DNA of 64,000 nt from contig NC_043021.1 in the NCBI RefSeq assembly GCF_006345805.1, positions 9,052,001-9,116,000 on the forward strand. The letters run 5' to 3'. The notes below the pieces were generated by a model. That model saw only the letters and a list, made by a program, of their open reading frames with translations, did no database searches and was not told the origin of the DNA. The position numbers and the translations under genes are program-made. This document shows positions 14,001 through 26,747 of this stretch, one piece after another (within the stretch, counting starts at the first letter, position 1; every line of letters begins with the position of its first letter). The stretch comes from Octopus sinensis. Lineage: Eukaryota.

Positions 14001-16504
14001 AGAAATTTAGGGGAAAGGGACAATCAATAAAAAATCAATGCAATTACAGGGCCAGTCCCAGGAATTTTTCGAAGGGAGGGCACAAGGTCAGAAAGGAGTA
14101 CAATATATACACACACATACATATATATACACTCTCAGAGTGGTCATACTCTCTCGGAGTGGTCATACACTCTCAGAGTGGTCATACACTCTCGGAGTGG
14201 TCATACACTCTCGGAGTGGTCATACACTCTCGGAGTGGTCATACACTCTCGGAGTGGTCATACACTCTCGGAGTGGTCATACACTCTCGGAGTGGTTTGA
14301 TACACTCTCGGAGTGGTTTGATACACTCTTGGAGTGGTTGGCGTTAGGAAGGGCATCCAGCTGTAGAAACTCTGCCAGATCAGACTGGAGCCAGGTGCAG
14401 CCATCTGGCTCACCAGTCTCCAGTCAAACCGTCCAACCCATGCCAGCAGGGAAAGTGGACGTTAAACAATGATGATGATATACAACGGGTTTCTTTCAGT
14501 TTCCGCCTACCAAATCCACTCACAAGGCTTTGGTCGGCCCGAGGCTATAGCAGAAGACACTTGCCCAAGGTGCCACGCAGTGGGACTGAAACTGGAACCA
14601 TGTGGTCCGTAAGCAAGCTACAATCATGTGACTATGTAAAGCACGATATAATATACACCCTCATATATACATACATACATACATATACAGCGATCTGAAT
14701 ATGAAGAATATGTTGCAAGTGAGATACCAAGCATCTTAGTCGCACAAGACTATCCCATAGACATACACATGCAGACAAAAGCACCGAGAGAGCGAAACAA
14801 AAATAGAAGCCTTACCAAAGGCAAAATCCTCGGATGCAGACCCAAATCCTGAACCTTTCATGTTTCCCACATAGTTATCAAAATCTGCACGGTAAGCAAG
14901 GTCAGTTTCAAAAGGTTCGTCCAAGAAGGTTTCGACATTCAAAGGCTCCGGGTTCTCAGCAGCTGTAAATAATAAAAAAATAAAAAAAAGGGGGCTGTCA
15001 GTGAATTGATTTAGTGTTTTAACTAGTTACAGTAGTGGTTTCCAAAGTGGGTGGTATTACCCCCGGCAGGCAGTGGAAAGTTCCAAAGGGGTGTTAAGGA
15101 AAAGTGGGGTGATAATAGGGTGGCAATTCATGTAAAAAACAACAAAATAATGGGTTCGTTAAGTTAAGTTCTATTTGTGAAATACAGTTGCTTTGAATTT
15201 GTTTGAGAAAGAGGTCTATGTTTGTGATGGTTAGTTGGGGTGAGGGCACTAGGGATGTGGCCGGGGGGGGGGGGAGCCCAAAAGTTTGGAATGAATTACA
15301 TAGGCAGGAGTTTTGTGTGTGTGTGTGTGTGTGGTGTGTGTGTGTACTAGTTCAGTGAGTTCACTCGCAAGAGTTGAATACGTGTGCATGTTTGGTGCAC
15401 CATTATCCAAACCGCCTTCACTCTTGCATGATCTATTGACCGTGCTTCCATGCTTGCTCTTTACACTTGCCCCCACCCTCACCCACCTTTTCTTTCCCCT
15501 TCACCAACCACCTCTCCCTCCACCCAATGCAACGTTCTTCATGCTTTCCAGAAACTCTAATTCGATCCCCTCTACCTATCACATCTTCCTCAACCTAGCC
15601 CTTCCCTCCTTCAAGCATGCCCACAACCTACACACGATCTTCCAGCCCCACAGCTTCTCGCCAGTCCTAGCACCAAAACCTGACTCCTTCCCTTGCTCTC
15701 GCCTATGCTGCCACACCTACCTCTACACCCACTCTCCTACCCTGATGTAATCTCCAGGGATACAGGCATCCAGCAACAGGACCTCCATAATGCCATGATG
15801 GACCGTGAAGTCTGGCGGAGCATGGTAAATTCCATTGTCTAGACCACGGTCAAACAATGATGATGATGATGACCTCTACCTCCCCAATGCCACCATCTTC
15901 ACCGGCATCCCACTATATCACCAATTCATTTATCTGCACCAACAGCAATGTAATCTGTATCTCCTGCTCTGTCTTTCGTCGTACACTGGCCAAACAGGTC
16001 AGTGTTTAACTGACCGGTTTGCCAAACATCTCCGGAGCATCACACTTGGCAATGACAACCAGGTCTCACACCATTCCTGCTCAACCGGTCAATCGCTATA
16101 AGATCTGTATTTGAACTGTCCTCGCACAAAGGCTAGCTGGGCTCCTGCCTCCATCAAGAGCAGGGATTTATTTTCTCTCTTCATCTAAACCCAGCCCCTC
16201 ACACACCATTATGCCCTTACTCAAACACTCCTTTCCACTCCACAAACCCTAGCACATAATACCTCCTGACCCCTACTTCACATCAACCCTAATCCACCTC
16301 ACACCTCCGTGCATCAACCAACACACACATATGCCAGATGGCCTCAAACATATGCACGCACGGACACACACAAACACTAGTGCTTTTACACAAATATACA
16401 TATACACAAACACAGAATATTGCACATATCAACTCTACATACACACTTTATCCAACAGCTCCATATACACACACGCCGACTGATAACAGGGACATGCACA
16501 CTCC

Positions 16505-16537
<33 letters not shown>

Positions 16538-19500
16538 TTCAAGCATAAATACATAATACACACAGACGTCACACAAACATTATGCTCAAACACACAAGCA
16601 ACACACACACATATACACGTGTATGATATGGTGAGAAATGTTAAGGTTAATGTCAAACAAAAATATGCTTACATGACATCAGGGTGCTGTTCATCTGGTG
16701 CCCCCATTTATCTTGTCCTACAGCTTCACTATTTTGCTGGAATTAGAAAATATCATTTATCAACTTGTTGCATTTGAACAGTTTTAACAACTAATAGCAG
16801 TATCGCCCGCCGTTGCTCGGGTTTGTAAGGGAAATAACTATATAAGCATTTTTAGAGATGTAGAGTATAATAGCCATCTCAATATGGTTAACCATAAAGG
16901 GGGGGGTGTTACTGTAGCTTTTTACGTTCTGAGATTTAATAATACATTTTTAGAGAGTTACTTCCCTTATATAATAGCAAAAAAAAAAGGAAAAAAAATG
17001 ATGGTAAATTTTTTTTTAAATCGTAGACTCATCGTAGACACGCGCTAATACCCAGAAGGGCTTGATATGAATCACGACTATAAGATACCCGCTTTTGGTT
17101 ACACTGCACCGCAAAATGTGGGAGTAGTTAATAATCTAAATCGTAGGAGACAGACACACAACTTCACTTTTATACATAAAGATTTTGTGAAGCTAGAGGG
17201 AAGAAAGTGGCTGTACTATGGAATCTCTCTTTTCTTATGACAAGGAAGATAGGGTAGTGCCCCTAACATTTGCTGATCCTTTACCAGACTTGTCATCATC
17301 ATCATTTAGCGTCCGCTTTCCATGCTAGCATGGGTTGGACGGTTCAACTGGGGTCTGGGAAGCTAGAAGGCTGCACCAGACCCAGTCTGATCTGGCAATG
17401 TTTCTACGGCTGGATGCCCTTCCTAACGCCGACCACTCCGTGAGTGTAGTGGGTGCCTTTTACGTGCCACCAGCACGGGGGCCAGGCGAGGCTGGCAAAC
17501 AGCCACGGTCGGATGGTGCTTTTTACATGCCACCAGCACGGGGGCCAGGCGAGGCTGGCAATCATCGGATGGTGCTTTTTACATGCCACAGGCACAGGGG
17601 CCAGGCGAGGCTGGCAACGGCCACGATCGGATGGTGCTTTTTACATGCCATCGACACGGAGGCCCGTCGGGGCAGTGCTGGCAATGACCACGTTCGGATT
17701 GTTCACATACATGCCACCAGCACTGATAGAATATAGTTGATACATAGCTAGATCATTTCTAGGTAAAACAATGGGTGCTGAAAGAATCCCAGAGGGTTAC
17801 AATTTGGAGAGGAAAATAGTTGGTAACATGATGTAGGCACATCATGTCGCCATATGAGTTCTCTCTCCTTTCAATGTAACACAATACACCTTCAGCTACA
17901 AGGGAGAAAACTCATATGGCAACATAACACACCTAAGAGTGCTAAAGGTTAAATCTGGATATCCAGAAAGTGAGATATTATTGCAGTGACAAGAGAAGTC
18001 GTCTTGAGTTTCAGGTCAGACTTTCTGAAGAGGGTTTTTTAAGCTAATGGGTTCACAGAGGGCAAAGAATGTAACTGGCTGAGGGAAAGGAAAAAAAGAC
18101 AAAACAGCACATCCATGTACCAGGGTGAGTCATATGTAAACCTTTAACATTAGGTTACTCTGTCAAATGTAATGCTTCTTCCATCCAGGCTGATGAATTA
18201 CAGTGCCAACCAAAACAGGAGGTCAGTGTTGTTTTATATTGGATGGAAGCACTCCGTCGGTTACGACGATGAGGGTTCCGGTTGATCCGATCAACGGAGC
18301 AGCCTGCTCGTGAAATTAACATGTAAGTGGCTGAGCACTCCACAGACACGTGTACCCTTAACGTAGTTCTTGGGGATATTCAGCGTGACACAGAGAGTGA
18401 CAAGGCTGGCCCCTTTGAAATACAGGTACAACAGAAACAGGAAGTAAGAGTGAGAGAAAGTTGTGGTAAAAGAGTACAGCAGGGATCACCACCATCTCTG
18501 CCGGAGCCTCGTGGAGCTTTGGGTGTTTTCGCTCAATAAACACTCACAACGCCCGGTCTGGGAATCGAAACCGCGATCCTACTACCGCGAGTCCGCTGCC
18601 CTAACCAATCATGGTGACAAGGGCACCAAGTGATCCAATCAATGGATCCATGAGCCTGCTCATGGAATTAACATGCAAATAGCTGAGCACTCCACAGACG
18701 TAGTTTTCTGGGAGATTCGGCATGACACAGGGTGTGACAAAGCTGGCTCTTTGAAGTATAGGTACAGCTCATTCTGGTCAGCTGAGTGGACTTGAGCAAC
18801 ATTAAATAGGGTGTCACACTCAAGGACACAGTGTGCCACCGGGAACTGAACTCACAACCTTATAACAGTTAGCCACACACCATCACAGTGTTCCTCTTTT
18901 ACTCTCATTTTTACTTGTTTCAGTCAGTTGACTGTAGCCATGCTGGAGCACCACCTTTAGTCAAGCAAATCGACTCCAGGACTTAATCTTTGTAAGCCTA
19001 GTACTTATTCTATTGGTCTCTTTTACCGAACTGGTAAGTCACAGGGACATAAACACATCAGCATCGGTTGTCAAGCAATGTTGAGGGGACAGACACAGAC
19101 ACATATATACATATGTATATATATGTAGTGACGTCATTTTCCAGTGTGCGTGTGCGGGACGTCATTCTTCAGTGTGCGTGTGCGGGGCTGGAACCTTCTG
19201 GAAAGGCCTAAGGAAGTTCCCTCATGCACATGCGCTAAAAACTGGGGGAAAAAATTCTATCGCGTTCCTTGTTAGCGTCGGTGACTTGAGACACGGCTAT
19301 TGAAGAGAGAGGACATGTTTAAACGTGTGATTAGCCTATTCTCCTGTCCCAGACGCTTGGGATTTGACCTGCTCTGTTGCTGCTGAATTTGTTGTGAGGT
19401 TTATCTTACAAGTGTTAAACTTCAGCCTTGCTGTACCGACACCAAGTGGTTACCAATATAGCAACATGCCTTCTTTTTGTAAATAAGAAAATAAAGAGTC

Positions 19501-21704
19501 ATATATTTTTCAAGGTTGCTTTCTTGTTCCTGACTGGTAGTTTCTGGAAACAAAAAAGGAAATTTGTGTTGCACCCAAACAGTGTAAAGACACAACCAGT
19601 TCCTTTACATATACATATATACGACAGGCTTCTTTCAGTTTCTGTCTACCAAATCCACTCACAAGGCTTTGGTTGGCCTGAGGCTATAGTAGAAGACACT
19701 TGCCCAAGGTGCCACACAGTGGGACCGAACCTGGAACCATGTGGTTCATAAGCAAGCTACTTACCACACAGCCACTCCTTTGATTTAAAAAGTCTTGAAG
19801 ATAGAGCTCCAGTATGGTCATAGTTTGATTCAATGGCTGAAATCTGTAAATCAACGAATAAATAAAATATATTTGACCAATGGCCAACTAACCTGAGTTT
19901 GCCCAGCACCACCTATTGGTACATTATCTGTCATCTGAGAGAGAACCTTCTCAAGACAAAAGGAATCAGCGAAAGCAGATGGCCGGCCAATTGTACTGCA
20001 ATATGACATTTCCTGCAAACAAAGGAAACAAAAGATAACCAGTAGGGCTATGGGGTGAGGTGGTAGTACTTCTAATTGAGTGTCATGGTTGTTAGTTTAT
20101 AATAATAATAATAATGAAATTATTGTATAGTGCTCAGGTGCAGCACAATTTGTCACAAGTGCGTATAAAGTATATGCAGTAATGTACAAATGTCTGGAAA
20201 GCAAACATACATGCTAGCATGGGTTGGACAGTTCAACTGGGGTCTGGGAAGCCACAAGGATGCACCAGGCCCAGTCTGATCTGGCAATGTTTCTACGGCT
20301 GGATGCCCTTCCTAACGCCAACCACTCCGTGAGTGTAGTGCTTTTTACGAGCCACTGGAACAGGTGCCAGACGGGGCTGGCAAACGGCCACAGTCGGATG
20401 GTGCTTTTTACAAGCCACCAGCACAGGGGCCAGGCAAGGCTGGCAACGGCCACGATCAGATGGTGCTTTTTACGTGCCACCAGCATACATGCTTGTGTGT
20501 GTATGGAGGGGAGAAAATCAGGTGTAGTGTTGGCGAATTTCAGGAGGCATGGAAGTTTTGAAGGATGCAGTGCTCCGACAACTAACAACTGATGCCGGCA
20601 GTCTGTTCCATGCTTCAGCAACTCTTAGCATGAAAAAATGTTTCCGAAAGTCATGGGAGCTGTGCTGTTTTCTGATTTTGTAAACATGTCCACAGGAGTT
20701 AGACGGGTGGATCTTACTGCAGGCGTTATTAATCGCAGGCTGTCATTTATCAAGTAGATATGTAATCAAAGGCATTCCAACGCAGACCGTTCCATTTTCA
20801 ATGTTGTCTAATGTTCCCTCTCTGTCTTTTAAAAACAAAGCAGACGTAGGAGTGGCTTCGTGGTAAGTAGCTTGTTTACCAACCACATGGTTCCAGGTTC
20901 AGTTCCACTGCATGGTACCTTGGGCAAGTATCTTCTACTATAGCATCGGGCCGACCAAAGCCTTGTAAGTGGATTTAGTAGACGGAAACTGAAGCTCGTT
21001 GTATATATGTGTGTATGTATGTGTGTGTGTGTGTGTGTGTGTGTTTGTGTGTCCGTCCAACATCGCCTGACAACCGATACTGGTGTATTTACGTCCCCGT
21101 AACTTAGCGGTTCAGCAAAAGAGACCGATAGAATAAGTACTAGGCTTACAAACAGTAAGTCCTGGAGTCGATTTGCTCGACTAAAGGCAGTGCTCCAGCA
21201 TGGCCTCAGTCAAATGACTGAAACAAGTAGAAGAGTAAAAAGAGAGACCCAATCGATTATCTCCCTTCTCCTCTAGCTGGGAATCCATGAGAACACAAGG
21301 GAGATAACTTTGCTAGAAACAGTTTATTAAGCTGAACAGAAAACGCTTTTAAACAAAGCGAGACGACTGATCAGAATCACAACCTGCTAGAAATAACAGC
21401 GATATCTTCCACAATCCATACTGACACGCACAGCACCCGAGCAAGTGCATTCTATCATAATCTAGGATTTTACAATTGCTTGTCAGTTAGACTGACGGGA
21501 CGCTGGTACTTTACCTCTACTCTTTCACTTGTTTCAGTCATTTGACTGCGGCCATGCTGGAGCACCGCCTTTAGTCGGGCAAATCAACCCCAGGTCTTAT
21601 TCTTTGTAAGCCCAGTACTTATTCTATCGGTCTCTTTTGCCAAACCGTTAAGTTACGGGGACATGAACACACCAAAATCGGTTGTCAAGCGATTTGGGGG
21701 GACA

Positions 21705-21758
<54 letters not shown>

Positions 21759-23440
21759 GGTATGTAGAAAAATACAACATGGACAAGAACGTATAACTCA
21801 AGAAGACGACACAATAAACACGGACAGGACATTCGAAACCCTCAGTCTTCAGTCAAGAACCGGATCATCGTAGTAATTTCGGCTGATTAATCTTGAGATT
21901 ACTAGATCACGGCCAGCCCTCCAAGAAAAACTAAGCAACGAGCATTAGAAAAACTAAGCTGGGAGCGTAGATTTCCTGGAAGAAGGATCGAATGCATACG
22001 GACACCAGGACAGCAAAAGGGACGAATATAAAAAAACAAAAAAATAATGGAATACAGAAACATGAAATACAGAAGCATTAACGGTGAAAACAACAACAAG
22101 TGTCTTACGACTGATAACAAGCAAACAAATTTTTTTCTGGCGCGAGGAAAGGAGCCTTATCGGCGATGCCTATAGCGGCGGACGAAAAACAACGATGTTA
22201 ACACGACGCTGGTCAGAAGCTGAAAGGCAGATTTCAGCCAGCAGTCACGTGACAGAGAGAGAGAAAGAAAGAAAGAGAAGCAACGGAAGAGAGAGAGAGA
22301 GAGGAGAGAGAGAGAGGAGGGACAAACGCAACAAAGAGAGAGAAGAGAGAGAAGGAAGGAATCAGAGAGGAGAAGGGATGGGTGTCGAAGAGCGACCTGT
22401 GAGTGCAGAGCGAGACAAAGAAATAGGAGGGTAGTGGAAGATTAGACCAAAGAATCAGAGGAAGAGAAGAGAAAAAGAGGATGAGTAGAGAGAGAAGGGG
22501 ACAGATCAAGTAAAAGTGAGAGAGAGAGAGAGACAAACAAAGAGTCGTACCAGTTATTAAGAATATGTGCTCACATTAATGTTAAGAGGGTACGTGGCGC
22601 CTGGAATATATGTTAAGGTATGTAGAAAAATACAACATGGACAAGAACGTATAACTCAAGAAGACGACACAATAAACACGGACAGGACATTCGAAACCCT
22701 CAATATATATATACACGACAGGCTTCTTTCAGTTTCTATCTACCAAATCCACTCACAAGGCTTTGGTCGGCCAGAGACTATAGTAGAAGACACTTGCCCA
22801 AGGTGCCACGCACTGGGACTGAACCCAGAACCATGTGGTTGGTAAGCAAGCTACTTTAGCCACCTTTAGTCGAACAAATCAACCCCATTCAACTAAAGAT
22901 TCTTCAAGGCAGTGCCCCAGCATGACCACAGCTGCATGACTGACTGAAACAAGCAAAAATATTAAAAAAATAAACGGTACATAAAAAACAAAAGTGATGA
23001 AAAAGAACAAATTCCTGAATACTGACCTCAAGGCTGTTGTCAATTCTTGGGGTTGCGCTCAGAAAGTCAGTTTCTAGCAAATTAGAGAAATAGACAAAGA
23101 TATTCAGTAATCATTATAGGGACTCCTTATCACCTCCAATCCAAAAAAAAAAAAAAAAGAAAAAAATTCTTTTAATTATAATTGGAACAAACTCAGAGAA
23201 AGGTTTATAAGAAATGTTACTGACCAATGAAAGTTCAAACACTCACATCTTTAGATGACCAGCACAATTCAAACAGTAGTTCCCAAACGTCTTCAGGCTG
23301 CTGCCCCCTTGACACCTAGGCCACATTCCTGGCGCCCCCTCCCCTGCCACAATTCTGCGTGGCACCTTGGGCAAGTGTATTCTACTATAGCCTTGTGAGT
23401 GGATTTGGTAGATGGAAATTGAAAGAAGCCCTTCATATGA

Positions 23441-23482
<42 letters not shown>

Positions 23483-26400
23483 AATATATATTTTACTCTG
23501 TTACTTGTTTCAGTCATTTGACTGTGGCCATGCTGGATCACTGCCTTTAGTCAAGCAAATCGACCACAGAACTCATTCTTTGTAAGCCTAGTACTTATTG
23601 TATCAGTCTCTTTTGCCGAATTGCTAAGCTATGGGGACATAAACACACCAGCATCGGTTGTCAAGTGATGTTGGAAACAAACATACACAAACATATACAC
23701 ATACATACATATATACGACAGGCTTCTTTCAGTTTCCATCTACCAAATCCACTCACAAGACTTTGGTCGACCCGAGGCTATAGTAGAAGACAATTGCCCA
23801 AGGTGCTACGCAGTGGGACTGAACCCGGGACCATATGGTTGGTAAACAAGCTACTTACCACATAGCCACTGCATGTATGTATGTTTGTGTGTCTGTGTTT
23901 GTCCCCCCCCAACATCGCTTGACAACCGATGCTGTATAGTGATTATCAAGCAGGGTCCATATGGCCCTTGGGGGGGTCTACATAAGATCTTGTCATTAAT
24001 ATTTATCTGCAATAAATTGGTTATACTTCTAACATACACAAAATATTAAAATTCCCCACCGGGATTGGACGCTAGTCTATCACGTATAAATTTCCCCACC
24101 AGGACTGGGAGCTGGCCAATCACATGTTAAGCAGATGTGATAAACACTAAACCATGGAACCACTATAGTTACATAATTAAAATCTCATGGCTACAAGATA
24201 ATGCAGGATAAATTCAAAAATGTTAAAGGGTTAAGTTCATTCAATGCAGCAGCTGTGGGCTTGAAGGTACCTTATATATATACTCCATGAAATATCCCCA
24301 CTCAACCAGGACATCTTGTCTTGCAAAGCCACATAGCAACCTCACTTGTGCCAGCGACACAAAAATAAGCATCCAGCTGTAGAAACTACATCAAAACAGA
24401 CAGGAGCTCAACACTGCCCTCTTGACCCACTGAAACCTGTCAATCTCTCCAAACTATGCCAGCCTAGAATACGGACACTAAGTGAGGAAAGAAGGAACAG
24501 GAAGGGGAGAGAGAAAAAGATCAAGAAAGATAGATACATACACATACATAGACAGAGTGAGCAAGCAAGAGAAAGAGAGACGCGCATACACACACAAAAC
24601 TTACTTGGTTTTCCAAGGTCAACACGTGGAAGCTTTGCACTTGCAGAACCCTTTAAAGACACCATAGATATCTCCCTGAGATTGTCTTCTATCAGATTTA
24701 GAATCGGTTGAGCTTCTTCAGGGTCTTCAAGTTCAAACTCACTGTCCAGCATCCGCAGATCCTCTTCCTTCAACTCAACAGGGGGCTGCTTGGAGCTGTC
24801 GCCCATACTTAACATGTGCATCTGAAGGAACGCCTGCGTCACATCCAAACGACCATTACCTGCGACGGACAGCTTCCTCTGGGCAGTGTCGACATTTCCC
24901 AAGGCATGGCGTCGGACTAACTCGATGTCAGACAATCTGGAAGACCGAGAGAGATTGGCCGTTTCTTTGGCAGAATCGACATTGGTTTGATTGAGAGGAT
25001 TCAACAGAGATTCCATTCCACCTGCAGTAAAAAAAAAATCAAAGATTATGAAAAAGTGCATGTGTGTGTGTTGGGGTCGAGGTGGAATTTTATCATTTAG
25101 TGTCTGTTTTTCATGCTGGCAGGGTTTGACTGGAGATGGTAAGCCGGAGAACTGCACCAGGCTCCAGTCTGTTTTGGCTGGGTTTCTACCTGTGGATACC
25201 CTTCCTAATGCCTACCACTCCACAGTGTACTGGGTGCCTGTTATGTGACAAGTACGGTTTCCTGTTATGTGTCACAGCTGCCTGTTATGCGTCATGGTCA
25301 CAAGAACGGGTGCCTGTCATGTGTCGCGGGGAACGGGTGCCTGTCATGTGTCGCGGGGAACGGGTGCCTGTCATGTGTCGCGGGGAACGGGTGCCTGCCA
25401 TGTGTCGCGGGGAACGGGTGCCTGTCATGTGTCGCGGGGAACGGGTGCCTGTCATGTGTCGCGGGGAACGGGTGCCTGTCATGTGTCGCGGGGACGGGTG
25501 CCTGTCATGTGTCGCGGGGAACGGGTGCCTCTCATGTGTCGCGGGGAACGGGTGCTTCTCATGTGTCGCAGGCACGGGTGCCTGTTATGTATCATGGGCA
25601 TGTACCTTAGGAATGAGAACCCAGGTTCGAAATTTCCCCAAGACACCTGATGAAGCCTGGAGGGTATATCAGCTGAAACGTTGTGCTAACAACAAACAAG
25701 ATGAGGACAAATATCCATTGATTGTAAATAATGTACATAATTCCTCATCTCTTAAATATAGAACTGCATAAGTTACTATGCTTAACAAGGTTAATTCCAT
25801 TTTTGGTTAAACACAGAAGATTGTCCTCCTTTATTACAAGAAATCAGAAAATGTGAAGGAAACTTACTCTGAAGGAATTCATCTGGAATAAGACCAAGAG
25901 ATGAAGCATTTGAGAGAATAGAATTCTCAGAATAAGCAGATATATTGTAAGGTTCCACTGCTGGAAAATTTGGTATAATGGTAGCAGATCTGTTTTTAAA
26001 AAAATACAAAAAAGGTTTAATTTTTAGAAAGATTCTTTGCCATCATAAACAATAAATAAAATATAAATAATCAGTGCCACATAAAAAAAAAAAAAACACC
26101 CAGTCCATTCTGTAAGTTGGTTAGTATTAGGGAGGGCATCCAGATGTGAAACCCATGCCAAAATAGACAGTAACACCTGGTGCAGCCCTCTAGTTTGTCA
26201 GTTCCTGTCAAACCGTCCAACTCATGCCAGCATGGAAAACAGATGTTAGATGATGATGATGATGATGATGAAGGTGGTGGTGATTGCAATCACGAACATC
26301 TTGTCTGTTAGGCACATGGGATTGCTAGAAATCATTGTCTTAGAAAAGCACATCAATATGGGTTCGGGCGTGAGCGTTTCTATATGGTGTAGGCACAACT

Positions 26401-26715
26401 GCACTTTATGCGACACCAGCACAGGTCTCTTGTAAGCTAATCCTCTTCAGTGGTAGCAGCCTTATCAAAGAGGATTGACCTAGAGTCTTCACGACTCTAG
26501 GTCAATCCTTTGAAAGAAGCCCATCGTTTATATGTATATATCATCATTGTTTAACGTCCGTTCTCCATGCTAGCATGGGTTGGACGGTTCGACCGGGGAT
26601 CTGGGAAGCCAGAAGGCTGCACCAGGCTCTGGTCTTATCTGGCAATGCTTCTACAGCTGGATGCCCTTCCTAACGCCAACCACTCCGTGAGTGTAGTGGG
26701 TGCTTTTTACGTGCC

Positions 26716-26747
<32 letters not shown>

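Noticed and set aside
14134-14340. CRISPR-like or iteron-like arrays (also 3181-3735 and 62776-63715)
   Set aside because: There are no unique spacers, no cas genes, and the context is eukaryotic; these are tandem repeats.
25136-25771. ERVPVMCRG repeat protein
   Set aside because: 27-bp minisatellite open in multiple frames on both strands, inside an intron.
25868-25960. Alternative acceptor (ttttccag) for CEP192 exon 3
   Set aside because: It gives phase 1, which is incompatible with exon 2 (phase 2); the acceptor at 25989 fits.
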